From positions 10,805,790 to 10,869,789 of the forward strand of contig CM119270.1 of assembly GCA_051294375.1 (NCBI GenBank): 64,000 bases of DNA, read 5' to 3'. Source of the stretch: Paraspadella gotoi (taxonomy: Eukaryota; Animalia; Chaetognatha). Both the position numbers and the translations under genes were made by a program. The notes under the pieces are model-generated. The model did no database searches. It was not told the DNA's origin and worked only from the letters and a program-made list of their open reading frames with translations. Below, piece after piece: positions 49,725 through 64,000 of the stretch (positions within the stretch are counted from its first letter, which is position 1; each line of letters begins with the position of its first letter).

Positions 49725-52700
49725 GTAAGTTTCTCTCGGTTTATGCGTTTTGTTTTTAGATGTGAATGATCTTAATGATTTATGTTATATTTTCTTTTAA
49801 TTGGTCTTTGATTGAGTCGAGTCTAAATTGTGTGTGTGTTATTTTTAATTCTTCTTTTCACTTGATTGTTTTTTATTTGAAATTCACTCAAAAAAAAAAA
49901 AAGAAAAAAAAGAAAGAATACTCTGAAAAAGGCTAAAAAGTCTAAAGCTTGAAAAGTAATATTTTAAATTTCCTAAATTAGAAAGACTAACAGGATTATG
50001 ACTTGAAAATCTTCGCAAAAAGATGACAAACGCAAACAAAGAAGAGGCCCGGGATCTTTTACAAAAAAAGAAAAAAGAAAGAAAACCTGAATTTTTTTTT
50101 AAATAAAAAAGCCCCGTGGCAAAATTCCAATATCAATGTTTGGAAAGTAACAGAATTGGAGCTTAAGTATAAAAAAAGTAAAAAAAAAGATTTCTCTTCG
50201 CTTGTGTAAAGTTTTTCTCTCCTTCAAACTCCCACAGACTTTCATGTTTTTTTTTCTTTCCCTTGAATTTTTTTATGCATTCCTCTGTTGATTTTAAATT
50301 TTCTCTGCTTTTTTTTAAATGCCCCTTTCGTATCCTCGTGTTTTCTTACAACTGAATATTCTCAGAACAGCCTTAACATTTCTCTCACTTTACACGACAT
50401 TATCACCGCTCATTTCCAATTATGACCCCTGCTCATCATCTTTCGTAAATTAGATCCCATTTCACTCGCTCTATATTCCCCTACACACCCACGCATGACG
50501 CGCTTTCAAACGAGGTTCACATTTTGATCTTCACGATTGGAATCACGTTTCCTTTCAATCGGTTTTCCCGCCGAAGATCGCGCTCTTGTGAATCCGACTT
50601 GGAAACCCGGTTCACCTGCTCTTTTTCTCTCCAATCGTTTCACGAGACGCAGAGGGCGCGTGAATGGCTCCTCCGCCTCAGTGAACCTTCCACCTTCTCT
50701 TTCTCATCCTTTCTTTTCTCCTTTTCCTTTCTTCTCCTTTCTGTCATTCCTTCGAGACTTTTCCTCTCTTCTTTTTTGACGTCCCCTTCTTTTCGCTCTT
50801 AACCTTTTCCGTTTGAGTCAATCCCTTCGCTTCTCTTCTCGCTCCCGTTTCCATTCTCTTAACTTTTATTTTTACCTAAAACCTACTTTCTCCTTCATCT
50901 TCTCTAAAAGGAATAAGACTTACCTTAAACCCTTCTCCATCGCCAACTCCTTGTCCCTCTGCGACATCCCCAACCATCTAACCCTCCTTACATCCCCCTC
51001 CATCTCCCTGGGACCCTGGGGACAAAAAGACGAAGCTTCGTCGTGGTGTGGTCGACGGAATACCAAAACTTTCCCCGCGGCCCCAAATGGGAGTCCGGAG
51101 TTCGGGGCTTTGCGAAAGGCAGGGCTTTGGGGGTTGACACAGGGGGGGGGAGAAGACCGAATTGGGTTTTCGTATTGAGGTTGAGGCGGGATTAAGTAAG
51201 AAAGGTATACAACTGACTCGCACATGGTATGATGGTTACGTAAAATGTTATCATTATCGCGATCATTATCAGAATAGCGTTTTTAATCCAGAACTTTTTC
51301 GTCACAAGCCTCGTTTTATCTGAGTCAGTTGGCGAGAAAAGAAAACAATCCTTAAATTAAAAAAAAAAAAAAGAATTGGCTCAATTTTGAATTATGATCC
51401 GAATCCAGACAGAAAATAGATCGAGCTTGGTATCATTGGTTTCATTTCATGGTACATTTTTTGAAGAAAGATATAGTAGAAATCTCTGTTTTCACCTTAT
51501 TTTTATAAATACAATTTTCTATATCTCCACGGCGCGTTGCATTGTTTCCCTCACTTTTGCGGTCAACCAGATAGAAGCATTGTCTTGTCTCCATCACTAC
51601 GCCCCACCTTTGCCTTTTTCCCGCCAAACCCGATACTTTATCTTCTTTAATTTTCTTTTTCTCTTCCTTTCGCCACTCCCCCTTTTAACTTTCGTGCCAA
51701 CACGAATACTTTATCTCATTCCCATCCAAACCAAAACAAAAGGCTCCGAATTTTTCCCAAAAAGAAAACAGAAACGAGGGATTCAAAAACTGGCGTCACT
51801 AACCCAAATGCCACGTGAATCGCGTCGTTAAGGCGCCCTTACCTTTTCCGCTGCGGGACAGAGAAAAAAATTATGGCGAGATGAGAGCTGGCAAAAACAA
51901 AAGCCTGATTTGGTATGGAAGCCGTCTCTGTAGATGGAAGCCGTCTCTGTAGTTAAGGCGGGGAAAGAAGAATGTGTTAAGATCTGGTGTAGCTAAATTT
52001 CGAGAATTTGAGAATTGAATGAATGAATGAAATTTGTTATTTTCCCAACTATACATACAAATCAGTATGTTGAAAAATAAGCTCTGAGCTTCAGTCGGCG
52101 AATTGTGAGTTGACTTTTCATCTTTTAGTCAATAAAATCCCAGCAGAAGCAAAACCCAAATCGATTGTCGCAAACGATTTCCTTCCTGATTTATGGTTTT
52201 GGTTTTGGTTTTTACAAAAATTCAGCTGAAGATCAGAAGACAAAATACTTCTCTCTTATATCGTACACGATTCGTCTTCATTTGCTTCTAGATGTCTGTC
52301 TGTCTTTCTTTCTTTCTTTCTTTCTTTCTTTCCTTCTTTCTTTCTTTCTTTTCTTATCTTTCTTTCTTACTTTCTTTCTTTCTTTCTTTCTTTTTTTTTC
52401 TTACTTACTTACTTACTCACGAATTCTCTTTTCTTTCCTTTTCTCTGTCTCTCGCACTCTGTTTTTCTTATCTCGCTCTCAGGATTTTTTTATCAAATTC
52501 TCTCCTCGTTCTTTTTTTTTATTTTTCCTTCCCATCTCCTTGGAGAAACAAATGTTCAAAACGAAAAAAGAGAGAGACAGAGAGAAAGAGAGTAAGAAAG
52601 AGAAAGTGAGAGACAGAGACAGAGATAGAGAGACAGAGAGAAAAGGCAAGACGGGAGAGGAATGTGGATGGCCATTAATGTTTTTTTTAAAGGTGTACGG

Positions 52701-53001
52701 GTGAAACAGATAACTCGGTGGCTGAGTTTTTCGCTGAGTCTTTCTTTTTAAAAAGCGTCCAATGAAAATCGCATTTAAAATCTTTCACATTTTTTTTTCA
52801 TTTTTTGTTTTAAAAATAATTCCATGTGCGATATATAAACATGAATACTTTTTAAGGAATTTCTTTTTTTTTTTTGCGATATTTTTTACGCGGACGAGAC
52901 AGCGTCTTCGATTTGATGTTGCAGTAAACGAGTTTTTAAATGAATAAGCGAAGAACCTCTTTTCAAAATTGCAAAGATTTATCACCATCGAAAAAAGAGA
53001 C

Positions 53002-53072
<71 letters not shown>
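53002..53072. repeat. (ATG)n trinucleotide microsatellite
   Basis: Direct; roughly 23 perfect units. Confidence 0.98.
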
Positions 53073-53443
53073 AATTATGGTTATTAACGATTAAGGGAAA
53101 AATATTCAGACAACTTTTCTATTAAATTCTGAATTCAACAGAGAAACAAAATTAAGATTTCGTTCCGAATCGCAATTTTGTCTTTTTCTATTTTCATTCT
53201 TTCTCTTCTTCGTTCTCTTGCTTACCATCTTTGTCTACTTAGCATCAGAGCCTCGTTTTGGGTGATCAGCAGATTCTAAAAATGAAGAAGATCAAAAAAA
53301 GGGGAAATAAAAAGAAGGAAGAGAGAAAAAGAAAGGAAATAAAGAAAGAAGTTGAGGGGAAGGGGAGATTTCTTTTTTTTTTTTTGGTGGGGGAAAACGT
53401 ATCTCGCTAGACTCACTATTTTCGCACATGAGTGGACAATTAG

Positions 53444-53532
<89 letters not shown>

Positions 53533-54611
53533 TCCCACGACGAGACGCCATTGTCGTTATGTTTGTTGTAGAGAATACATCAGTCTTTCGTTCTCGATTT
53601 CGGAATCATCAACGAAACTCACGCGCGAGGACAAAGTCGGCGTCGTCGTTGCAAGCGTAGTCATCGTTGTCATTGCTGCTTCTCAAGACTTTTTTCTGCT
53701 TTCCCATTATGTTTTCGTCCTTTCCATATATTTTTACGAAAATAATACTATGTTGTGAGAAGTAAAAGGTTTTGTAAGTATATTTTCTTCTTCCTCTTCT
53801 TCTTCTTCTTATCATTGAATGGGAAATTCTTCTCTTTTCCCCTCATCCTTATTTTTATTTAATCATTGGTCGTCATTGTCACAATCATTATCGTCGTCGT
53901 CATCATCATCATCATCATCATCATCCTCATTTGATCTTCAGAGACGAAAAAAAAAATGGCGGCGTCCTCCTTTTGTTGACGCCGGAATCGGGAATGGCCG
54001 AGTTTCCGGTTGTTTTCGGCGCCGTTTCCCTCCTCCTTTTCCGGCGTCGTCGGCGTGTTGCGTCTCGGCGTCTCCTGGGTCCAAGAATGGTCAGCCACCA
54101 TTACCAGCGGCGTCCCTTGAGACATTTAGGTGTCGCGCACGCGCTGGAACGGACGAGCGCCGTGACCCATTAAGTGTTGGTGGTCGGGGGAAAAACTGAA
54201 CCCAAAGAACCTTAAAGCTTAATCTTTGTCCTTTTTGGAGATACGTAGTATTTACTTAAGTATATTGTATAGACTAGATCGTATATTTTTTTATTTTCTT
54301 CCAAGTTGAACAAGTTTTCCAGGCAAGCTGACAGAGCAGACGAATATGTCCAGACGAATTCCGTCCAGAAAAAAGGGTCGGCGCCTTTCGACCGTAAAAA
54401 TGTTACGATTCGAGCGAAAGATGCTCTTTTATTTTAGGATGGGAGAAGAGGAAGCGGAAAGAGATGTTTGAAAGGGCGGGCGTGAAGATATTAAAGGATG
54501 GAATAAATATTAGAAATGGAAGGGAAGATGGTAGAGATTCGATTAATGTTAGTTGAAAAATAAAAACGATGAGGAGAAGTGAGAGGAATGGAGGAGGAAA
54601 AGGAGGAAAAG

Positions 54612-57600
54612 NNNNNNNNNNNNNNNNNNNNNNNNNNNNNNNNNNNNNNNNNNNNNNNNNNNNNNNNNNNNNNNNNNNNNNNNNNNNNNNNNNNNNNNNN
54701 NNNNNNNNNNNNNNNNNNNNNNNNNNNNNNNNNNNNNNNNNNNNNNNNNNNNNNNNNNNNNNNNNNNNNNNNNNNNNNNNNNNNNNNNNNNNNNNNNNNN
54801 NNNNNNNNNNNNNNNNNNNNNNNNNNNNNNNNNNNNNNNNNNNNNNNNNNNNNNNNNNNNNNNNNNNNNNNNNNNNNAAAGGCAGCCGCCTGTGGTGAAC
54901 TTTCGCTTCTTTTCTCTTTCCATTCACATATTTTATTCCTTTGCGCACAATAAAACGGGCAAACGACTGATGAAACGGGCTCCAAATAATCAGACGCTGC
55001 GCAAAAAATAAATTTGATCAAAAAAAGTTAAAAATAAAAAAGGGAAAAAAGTCTTACTATTGATTGCAGCAGATTTTTTAAAAGCCAAAAAAAAAAAAGG
55101 AAAAAAAGATAATACAAAAAAAAGAATATAAAAGAAGATAAAAATGGAAAATAAGGAGGAAAGTTTCACGAGAAACATAAACAGAAGAAAAAAATAGGAG
55201 GAGGAAGGAAAAAAGGGGAGAAAAAGGGGCTGAAGAAAAAAGAAAAAAGAAAAAAAGGGAAATAGAAAAAGAATGAGAAAAGAAGGCGAGAGTTTGAAAG
55301 ATCAAGAGAGTCGGGGCACAATGCGAAGAAAAATACGGAGAGANNNNNNNNNNNNNNNNNNNNNNNNNNNNNNNNNNNNNNNNNNNNNNNNNNNNNNNNN
55401 NNNNNNNNNNNNNNNNNNNNNNNNNNNNNNNNNNNNNNNNNNNNNNNNNNNNNNNNNNNNNNNNNNNNNNNNNGAGAGAGAGAGAGTAGGTGCATGCTCA
55501 AAAGCGGAAAAGGAAAGGCGTTGGATTTTTTGGTCTAAAGTTGGACGCATGCGGAAGATTAAATAACGTCCGCGCCTGATAGCGGAAGAAGATCCTAGCT
55601 TCTTCTGTTGCTGATGCTGCTGGCACTGCAGCTGCTGTCAAGCTGCAATGATTTCAAAGAAATATGATATCTAATTATTTCCGACACGAAAAGTTCATTA
55701 ATGGAAAGGGACAAGCGGGAAAAGATAATAATTAAAATAAAAAAATAAAGTTGAAAAAAAAATTTAAATCAAAACATAAAAAGAGAAAACAAAAAAAGAA
55801 ATATAAAAATAAAGAAAGAACGAATTAGAAAACCATAAAAAAAAGAAAGAAAACAAAACCACGCCAACTAACTTAAAATTTTTAATAATCTATGTACAAT
55901 TGTACATTTATGCCTAGACTTCTCTCGCCCCGAAAGATAAAGAACCAAAAAGTAAAGAACGTGCGAGCGACAAAAAAAAGATGCGACAAAACAAAGCAAN
56001 NNNNNNNNNNNNNNNNNNNNNNNNNNNNNNNNNNNNNNNNNNNNNNNNNNNNNNNNNNNNNNNNNNNNNNNNNNNNNNNNNNNNNNNNNNNNNNNNNNNN
56101 NNNNNNNNNNNNNNNNNNNNNNNNNNNNNNNNNNNNNNNNNNNNNAGAGAGAGAGAGAGAAAATGCAAAGGAAGAAAAAGCCCCTCTGACGATTACGTCG
56201 CAGTTAGGGAGTGTCGTTCTGGGAAATCTTCAAAGCCACTTTTTTTAAAGGGTGGCACCCGTCACGAGGCGACGAAATGCCAGGAATAGACGGGCTGCCT
56301 GGAGTGCCAGGGGTGCTGTCGGGGGTGCCCGGGGTGAGCAAAGACTGCGACGCGTCAACAATCGGCGACGGTTGGTTCCATTCTCCGCTGCGATGACAGC
56401 CACTTCAGACGCCGCAGCGCCGGCAATCGAGGCTGCGTGAGAGTGATTGCGGCTGGGGCCAAAAAGTTCTCAGGGAGATGGGCGTGGCCAAAATTTGTTT
56501 GAGTGGAGGTTTCTAAGGATAATCTCTGGTATCTTCGAGTTCAAACGTCGAAGATTCTCGTCGTCGTCGTCGTGGTCTTCGTCGTCGTCGTCCCCGTCGT
56601 CGTTCCCGTCGTAGTCTCCCTTCTACTCGTCGACTGTTTACGCTTGAAAAGGCGAAAGAAAAAGTGTTTCATTCTAAACAAAAGACGTTAAACTCGACGG
56701 AGACGTGCGACCGTGACGGAATGTGAAAATCTCTCGAGTTGCGATCGGAAAATTCAAGGCGAAAAACGGAGCAGTTAAAATGCAAATTATGTTCGAAGCC
56801 GATCTGAGGCAGTCTCAGTCAACGGGGGAAACGAGTACACCTTTTGTAATGTAAACGCGTTTAAATCGATTAAGGGGCGCAGTTGTGGGTGGGCGGTGGG
56901 CGGTGATCATGAGATTAACAATTGCATTAAAATAGTCTNNNNNNNNNNNNNNNNNNNNNNNNNNNNNNNNNNNNNNNNNNNNNNNNNNNNNNNNNNNNNN
57001 NNNNNNNNNNNNNNNNNNNNNNNNNNNNNNNNNNNNNNNNNNNNNNNNNNNNNNNNNNNNNNNNNNNNNNNNNNNNNNNNNNNNNNNNNNNNNNNNNNNN
57101 NNNNNNNNNNNNNNNNNNNNNNNNNNNNNAAATAAACACACCCGAAAATTAACCACAATTTTGATTTAGGATCTCGTAAAAACTCCTTTTTGGTGATCTC
57201 GATAATTTTGATAAATGTCAAAAAAAGTCAAGATAAATTCCGTGCTGACAATTGAGTCGACCTTAAATTCATTATCTACCTAAAAACAGCAAGNNNNNNN
57301 NNNNNNNNNNNNNNNNNNNNNNNNNNNNNNNNNNNNNNNNNNNNNNNNNNNNNNNNNNNNNNNNNNNNNNNNNNNNNNNNNNNNNNNNNNNNNNNNNNNN
57401 NNNNNNNNNNNNNNNNNNNNNNNNNNNNNNNNNNNNNNNNNNNNNNNNNNNNNNNNNNNNNNNNNNNNNNNNTGACGTTTGCAGATACAATTTCCCCGCG
57501 GGACTAAATGTTCAAATGTCAGAAGGAAAAAAAGCGAAGGTGACAGCGATAGAACCAAGACTTGGAATCCAATCGAAATCTAGACTTACCTCAATCCCAT

Positions 57601-57631
57601 TTCGATGCCATTCCACTTTTTTCTGCCAGGG

Positions 57632-57671
<40 letters not shown>

Positions 57672-60600
57672 NNNNNNNNNNNNNNNNNNNNNNNNNNNNN
57701 NNNNNNNNNNNNNNNNNNNNNNNNNNNNNNNNNNNNNNNNNNNNNNNNNNNNNNNNNNNNNNNNNNNNNNNNNNNNNNNNNNNNNNNNNNNNNNNNNNNN
57801 NNNNNNNNNNNNNNNNNNNNNNNNNNNNNNNNAAAAAAAATCGGAAAAATTCTCCCAAGAAAAGATTTGGAGATCGCGACTCACGAAACTCACAAGACTC
57901 ACAAGGCTCGAGACTGAAAAGATTCACAAGGCCGCCTTCACCTGGGGATCGGTTATGAATGCCCTTTTCGATGCTCAACCAACTCAAACAAGCCCGTTTC
58001 ACCTAGATTTTTTTTTCATTTCTTTATTCTTTCTTTCTTNNNNNNNNNNNNNNNNNNNNNNNNNNNNNNNNNNNNNNNNNNNNNNNNNNNNNNNNNNNNN
58101 NNNNNNNNNNNNNNNNNNNNNNNNNNNNNNNNNNNNNNNNNNNNNNNNNNNNNNNNNNNNNNNNNNNNNNNNNNNNNNNCGCGATCTCGAATTCTCAACC
58201 AGATTTCTTCTTGCAAAAATGTCTGTAACGAATGCAAACAAAGATTTTGAGTTGCGCTCTTAGAAAGACTTCTCGGGGGGNNNNNNNNNNNNNNNNNNNN
58301 NNNNNNNNNNNNNNNNNNNNNNNNNNNNNNNNNNNNNNNNNNNNNNNNNNNNNNNNNNNNNNNNNNNNNNNNNNNNNNNNNNNNNNNNNNNNNNNNNNNN
58401 NNNNNNNNNNNNNNNNNNNNNNNNNNNNNNNNNNNNNNNNNNNNNNNNNNNNNNNNNNNNNNNNNNNNNNNNNNNNNNNNNNNNNNNNNNNCTGTTTATC
58501 ATTCACTGCAGTTTCTGCAATGATCGCTTTTGTCTTGACGACGTCATGTTTGTCACGGTCGTTGGCTTCGTCGTTGTCGTCGTCGTCGATGTNNNNNNNN
58601 NNNNNNNNNNNNNNNNNNNNNNNNNNNNNNNNNNNNNNNNNNNNNNNNNNNNNNNNNNNNNNNNNNNNNNNNNNNNNNNNNNNNNNNNNNNNNNNNNNNN
58701 NNNNNNNNNNNNNNNNNNNNNNNNNNNNNNNNNNNNNNNNNNNNNNNNNNNNNNNNNNNNNNNNNNNNNNNNNNNNNNNNNNNNNNNNNNNNNNNNNNNN
58801 NNNNNNNNNNNNNNNNNNNNNNNNNNNNNNNNNNNNNNNNNNNNNNNNNNNNNNNNNNNNNNNNNNNNNNNNNNNNNNNNNNNNNNNNNNNNNNNNNNNN
58901 NNNNNNNNNNNNNNNNNNNNNNNNNNNNNNNNNNNNNNNNNNNNNNNNNNNNNNNNNNNNNNNNNNNNNNNNNNNNNNNNNNNNNNNNNNNNNNNNNNNN
59001 NNNNNNNNNNNNNNNNNNNNNNNNNNNNNNNNNNNNNNNNNNNNNNNNNNNNNNNNNNNNNNNNNNNNNNNNNNNNNNNNNNNNNNNNNNNNNNNNNNNN
59101 NNNNNNNNNNNNNNNNNNNNNNNNNNNNNNNNNNNNNNNNNNNNNNNNNNNNNNNNNNNNNNNNNNNNNNNNNNNNNNNNNNNNNNNNNNNNNNNNNNNN
59201 NNNNNNNNNNNNNNNNNNNNNNNNNNNNNNNNNNNNNNNNNNNNNNNNNNNNNNNNNNNNNNNNNNNNNNNNNNNNNNNNNNNNNNNNNNNNNNNNNNNN
59301 NNNNNNNNNNNNNNNNNNNNNNNNNNNNNNNNNNNNNNNNNNNNNNNNNNNNNNNNNNNNNNNNNNNNNNNNNNNNNNNNNNNNNNNNNNNNNNNNNNNN
59401 NNNNNNNNNNNNNNNNNNNNNNNNNNNNNNNNNNNNNNNNNNNNNNNNNNNNNNNNNNNNNNNNNNNNNNNNGGTAGACGTAAAAATATTTAAAAGGTTA
59501 GATCGTAGGACGTAATTTGACGGTTGAGAGGAGAACAGCTGAGTTGTTTTCGATTTAGAGCAGCACCCTTTTAGCCTCCAGAGGGTGACCGATGTTGAAG
59601 TTATATATTTTTTAACTAATTTATAACATTTACTATACTATATAAATTTAGACTTTTACGGTCACATAGTTCTCGGCAACAAGGTCCATCAACCCTCCAC
59701 AGCGGGGTCAAAAGAAAACTGCAGCGAAAGAGATTAAAGGAAAACCATTAATAATAATAATGATGATCCGAAATGAGGAGGGCGGTCGTTGGACGGACGA
59801 GGGTCAACGGGATTTCGATTGTTCCTCCGACTCTTTTTTTTATCGGAATCCGATTATTTCCGCGAAGAGAGAAGTAAGGTGGGTTCTCCCTCGCCATCGC
59901 AAGAACGTTCTCCTTGGCCATTTAACGTTCTCCTTCGCCATCAGGAGAGTTTTATCCGTCTCCTTTGCCCCAAATAGTCCAATGCCGGTTATTAGGAGTA
60001 TTTGTATTTCATTCTGTATGTATGGGTGGAAGAAATCTTTGAAAGTATTTTTTGGCCATGAAAAGGAGATTTCATTACGGGATTCATTGAATAAGTTTGT
60101 TATATGTTATTTAATCCTTTTCTTGTTTAAAAATCTCGAATTATTTTCTCATTTGATTTTCCTCCCTAAAACTGCTTTTCTTCTCTTTCCGTCAATTCTG
60201 AAATGGGTCGGCCATCTTTCTTTTTTTCTGCCCAATTCATCTTCTTCACAATGTCAAACACCGAAATTGACCATTGGTCGACTCGACCAAATATTAGAAT
60301 TTTCTTATTCCTAATTATTTTAAATTATTGTAGCGTCATGTGTCATTTATCCTAATTTTTATGTTTTTTTTTACAATCTTAAAATGATTTAAAAGTCAGG
60401 TCTTCCGTTTCAAATTTGAATGAACCTTGATCCGCCCAAGAGTTGTTCCAATTTATAAATTGTTTATGTACTCAGTATGATCTGTCTTTTCCTCTCACAC
60501 GAAACAGAAAGCAATCGATATTTNNNNNNNNNNNNNNNNNNNNNNNNNNNNNNNNNNNNNNNNNNNNNNNNNNNNNNNNNNNNNNNNNNNNNNNNNNNNN

Positions 60601-62353
60601 NNNNNNNNNNNNNNNNNNNNNNNNNNNNAGTCGTCGGCTCCGCCCGTTACTGTAAACTCCGCCTATATCGTCCCTTTTAGTTGCTCAACGAATCCGTTTT
60701 AATCATTTTATTCGTACAGTAACGACTCCTGTCGGAACGATTTAAACGCCCGAAGCAACGACCCTGCAGAGAAGCCGTTTGTAGAGACCGCCCGTACAGT
60801 AATTACCGTTTGAGGAGTAATAAAAATAGAGAAAATGAAAATTAGTTGTTTGAACTGGGAAAGTCGGATAGGGGGGGTGGGGGTAATTTGAGCAAAAAAA
60901 ATGCCTTACCAGTGAGTCAGAACATATATTCCTCTCTCTCTCTCTCTCTCTCTCTNNNNNNNNNNNNNNNNNNNNNNNNNNNNNNNNNNNNNNNNNNNNN
61001 NNNNNNNNNNNNNNNNNNNNNNNNNNNNNNNNNNNNNNNNNNNNNNNNNNNNNNNNNNNNNNNNNNNNNNNNNNNNNNNNNNNNNNNNNNNNNNNNNNNN
61101 NNNNNNNNNNNNNNNNNNNNNNNNNNNNNNNNNNNNNNNNNNNNNNNNNNNNNNNNNNNNNNNNNNNNNNNNNNNNNNNNNTACTGTATATTATAGTTAT
61201 TACGAATTCACCCTAACCATCTCATTTAAAATTCGTCAACTTGCAATCGTCCGTCACGAACGATTAAAAAATTTCAATCAATTTATTTTGTAATTAATTC
61301 ATCGACCCGAGATGAAATTTTGTTTCAAATTCACTCTCATTCACAGAGTCAATTTTCTCCTCTCAAATGTTAATCCAAATGGAACGACGACTCCCCTTAC
61401 CACAACAACATTCCACACTTTGGCCACCAGACAGCATTACAAGCTTTTGCTCATTCGTTTCATTATAATCAAAAATGCCTTCAGTCGATATCAACTTAAA
61501 ATACAAGCACGGTGATTCATTTCAAAGTGAACGAAAATAGTGATAGAAAAAAAAACAAACCCAGTCGCCATCTTACTCACTTTTCCAGCTGTTTTAATCA
61601 ATTTCGCTTCTCTATCGAGGAAAGCCCCTCTTCTCCCTCCACCCACGTCCCTTCTCATTCAATTCCATTTTACTTCATTGAAGGCGACTGCCCCCGGGGT
61701 CACTCCGGCCTACAATTCTCAAACAAGCGATTGCCGCGCCCCCTATCCTTTTTTTCCCTTTGCGTCCCCTTCCTCGCAAATTTGAAAACCGCCTGCAATC
61801 GAGGCCAGAGTCTCTGGCGGGAATAAAGCGGCAAAACCTCGTTTTGAATTTTCAAAAAGTCCGCTCACGTCAAAACCCAAACTTCCCTTTCACGACGCTA
61901 ATTTTTAAATCGAAAAAAAAAAAGGCCCAACGGTTTTACCCACAAAAAATTTAACTTCGAATGTCATTTGGACGATTTTTTTTTTAAATTCCGTATTTGC
62001 CATTAAACCTTCCTCGGCTGTTTTCGCTTTGAATTTCGTTCCGCTCCTGATTGTTTCCCCCCTCCNNNNNNNNNNNNNNNNNNNNNNNNNNNNNNNNNNN
62101 NNNNNNNNNNNNNNNNNNNNNNNNNNNNNNNNNNNNNNNNNNNNNNNNNNNNNNNNNNNNNNNNNNNNNNNNNNNNNNNNNNNNNNNNNNNNNNNNNNNN
62201 NNNNNNNNNNNNNNNNNNNNNNNNNNNNNNNNNNNNNNNNNNNNNNNNNNNNNNNNNNNNNNNNNNNNNNNNNNNNNNNNNNNNNNNNNNNNNNNNNNNN
62301 NNNNNNNNNNNNNNNNNNNNNNNNNNNNNNNNNNNNNNNNNNNNNNNNNNNNN
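54612..62353. other. Region fragmented by many N gaps (assembly gaps or masked repeats)
   Basis: About 12 N runs, several abutting (GA/CT)n; further exons could be hidden here. Confidence 0.95.
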
Positions 62354-62952
62354 GAAAGAAGGGAGAAAGGAAAATTGTGTTGAGGGGAGAAAAATTATGG
62401 GAGATTCCTGATGAGTGATTGGGTAGGAGAGAAACAGATGCAGCCCCCAAGGAGAAGCGGGCAGAGTGAAATGGAGATGCAATGGATAGAAGGTGTAGCG
62501 GATGCGAGAGTAAAAAAAGACAGATAGGATGAGATTGAATTGCTATCCAAGTCACCGTTCGGGTCTGAAAGAAAATGAATGGATGAATGCAAAAAGGATT
62601 AAATTGAAATTCAAATTAAAAAAATGAAAAAAGAAAGAAGTATACCAGAATAAGTATAATATAAGGACAAATAGATATATCCAGGTGACCCAGTAACTTT
62701 AAAAGGAAATAAAAAAAGGGAATCTGTGATTGAGAATAAAGGAGCAATATCGAACGAATAAAGAAGTGTTTGGAAAAAAAAGGGAAAAGGAAATGGAGCA
62801 AAAAAGAAATACAGTTGGTTGTTAGGAAAATGGAATAAAAGAGGGAATTAAGTCGGGCGAAGGGGATGGAGTTAGGGGCGACGGGTCCGTGACCGGAAAT
62901 GGAGATTAACTGCTGGAAATCTATTTTCTTCGCCCTCTGGTGGTTCAGAAGT

Positions 62953-63074
<122 letters not shown>

Positions 63075-64000
63075 CATTGAAAGGGAGTGAGGGAATCAGG
63101 CATAAGAATAGAGGATAGCTATACAGAATGAGAGAGAGAGACACAGATTGCGATTCAATGATAAAAGGAGACGTCGAAAGCAAAAGAGAGATATTCATTG
63201 AGTCGACTTTGGGGAGAATTTATTCTGGACTTTTTATCCTTTTAACTGCGACAGAAGGAACATTTTTTTCTTTTTCTTGTTTCCTTCCTTTTGTTTATGT
63301 TTGTTGTTGTTTTGTTTTTCTATCCACTAAAACCGCGAAGAAAAATGGCGATTCCTTTGACGAGAATTAAATCTGAGGAAATAACTTCTTACTGATCAAA
63401 CCACGAAAAAAAAAATCTCTAAACGTTATACATTAAAATACGTAAAATTCACTGTAACATCAGCAACCCTCTCTATAAATTGATGTCTTGCGTCACTTAT
63501 TCTTATATTCATTGTCGACTAAGACACTCTTCTCTTCTTACCCAAAGAACGATCATTTTTCATTGTTCTTTGCGTCAACAAACAAGCAACAAAATTCATT
63601 ACCTGCTTTTGACTCGATCAAAAAGTCAAAGGGACAAAACGTCCAAATCGTGAGGATTGGGGATCGGATGTTAGTGAATTGTGCAAGGTGGGTTAAGATG
63701 CAGAGTCAGGAACATCACGACATTGACATCCTATTTCAATGCTGAATTATATCTATTAAATAATGATGACAATTCTGGATTAGTCACAAACTGATAAATA
63801 CTGACGAAGATTCCATAAAATTCTAGCAACGACTCGTTGTCCCAGCTAATAATAAAAACCAAAGCGTCGAGACTAAAATCTATGGAGGTCCACCAACCAT
63901 GAAGATACTAATTGTAAAGGTTTTTGTCCAATTTACTTCATTACGTCATTCCGACACAATCTACGCCACGCAACGTCACACCGCGCCAGCGTCAACCCAC

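Noticed and set aside
51025-51125. Structured RNA (GACGAAGCTTCGTC palindrome, GCTTT-GCGA-AAGGC tetraloop)
   Set aside because: Short hairpins like these are expected by chance in a GC-rich patch; no recognisable family.
56250-56400. Collagen-like PGIDGLPGVPG on + / TPGTPDSTPGTPGSP on -
   Set aside because: The Gly-X-Y register breaks after a few triplets, the frames are closed by nearby stops, and there are no convincing splice sites.
63800-63860. Hammerhead-like CTGACGAAGA...TAATAAA
   Set aside because: It lacks the GAAA box after the putative stem II; CTGATGA words at 14994, 54967 and 62408 likewise lack a paired stem II.

Overview
AT-rich, (GA/CT)n-saturated eukaryotic DNA, probably an invertebrate or arthropod (inference from composition and the gene family). 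It comes from a partly unpolished, gapped assembly. Almost all ORFs in the supplied track are microsatellite, low-complexity or N-gap artefacts. The real host coding signal is four phase-compatible GT-AG exons on + (23876-23946, 24048-24167, 28852-29022, 49618-49724) encoding a Cys-rich uncharacterised invertebrate protein resembling the DUF7042/LP06548p family. Two large duplications dominate the window: a ~18.5 kb palindrome centred at 13221/13222 and a direct duplication 39259-44965 / 44997-48880. Both look like alternative haplotypes assembled side by side, which exposes presence/absence transposon insertions with their empty sites. The most interesting biology is a set of short, ORF-less fold-back insertions carrying minimal type-I hammerhead ribozyme motifs (CTGATGA-A-stem II-GAAACATGTH). 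They share a Penelope-like architecture (TSD, inverted copy, direct copy, 33-39 nt tail, TSD) at 5.6-5.9 kb and 35.9-36.7 kb, with a decayed third member. Also present: an internally deleted Tc1, a Kolobok-like element, a hAT-like element, Helentron-type HINEs and several minisatellites, one with hairpin-forming units.
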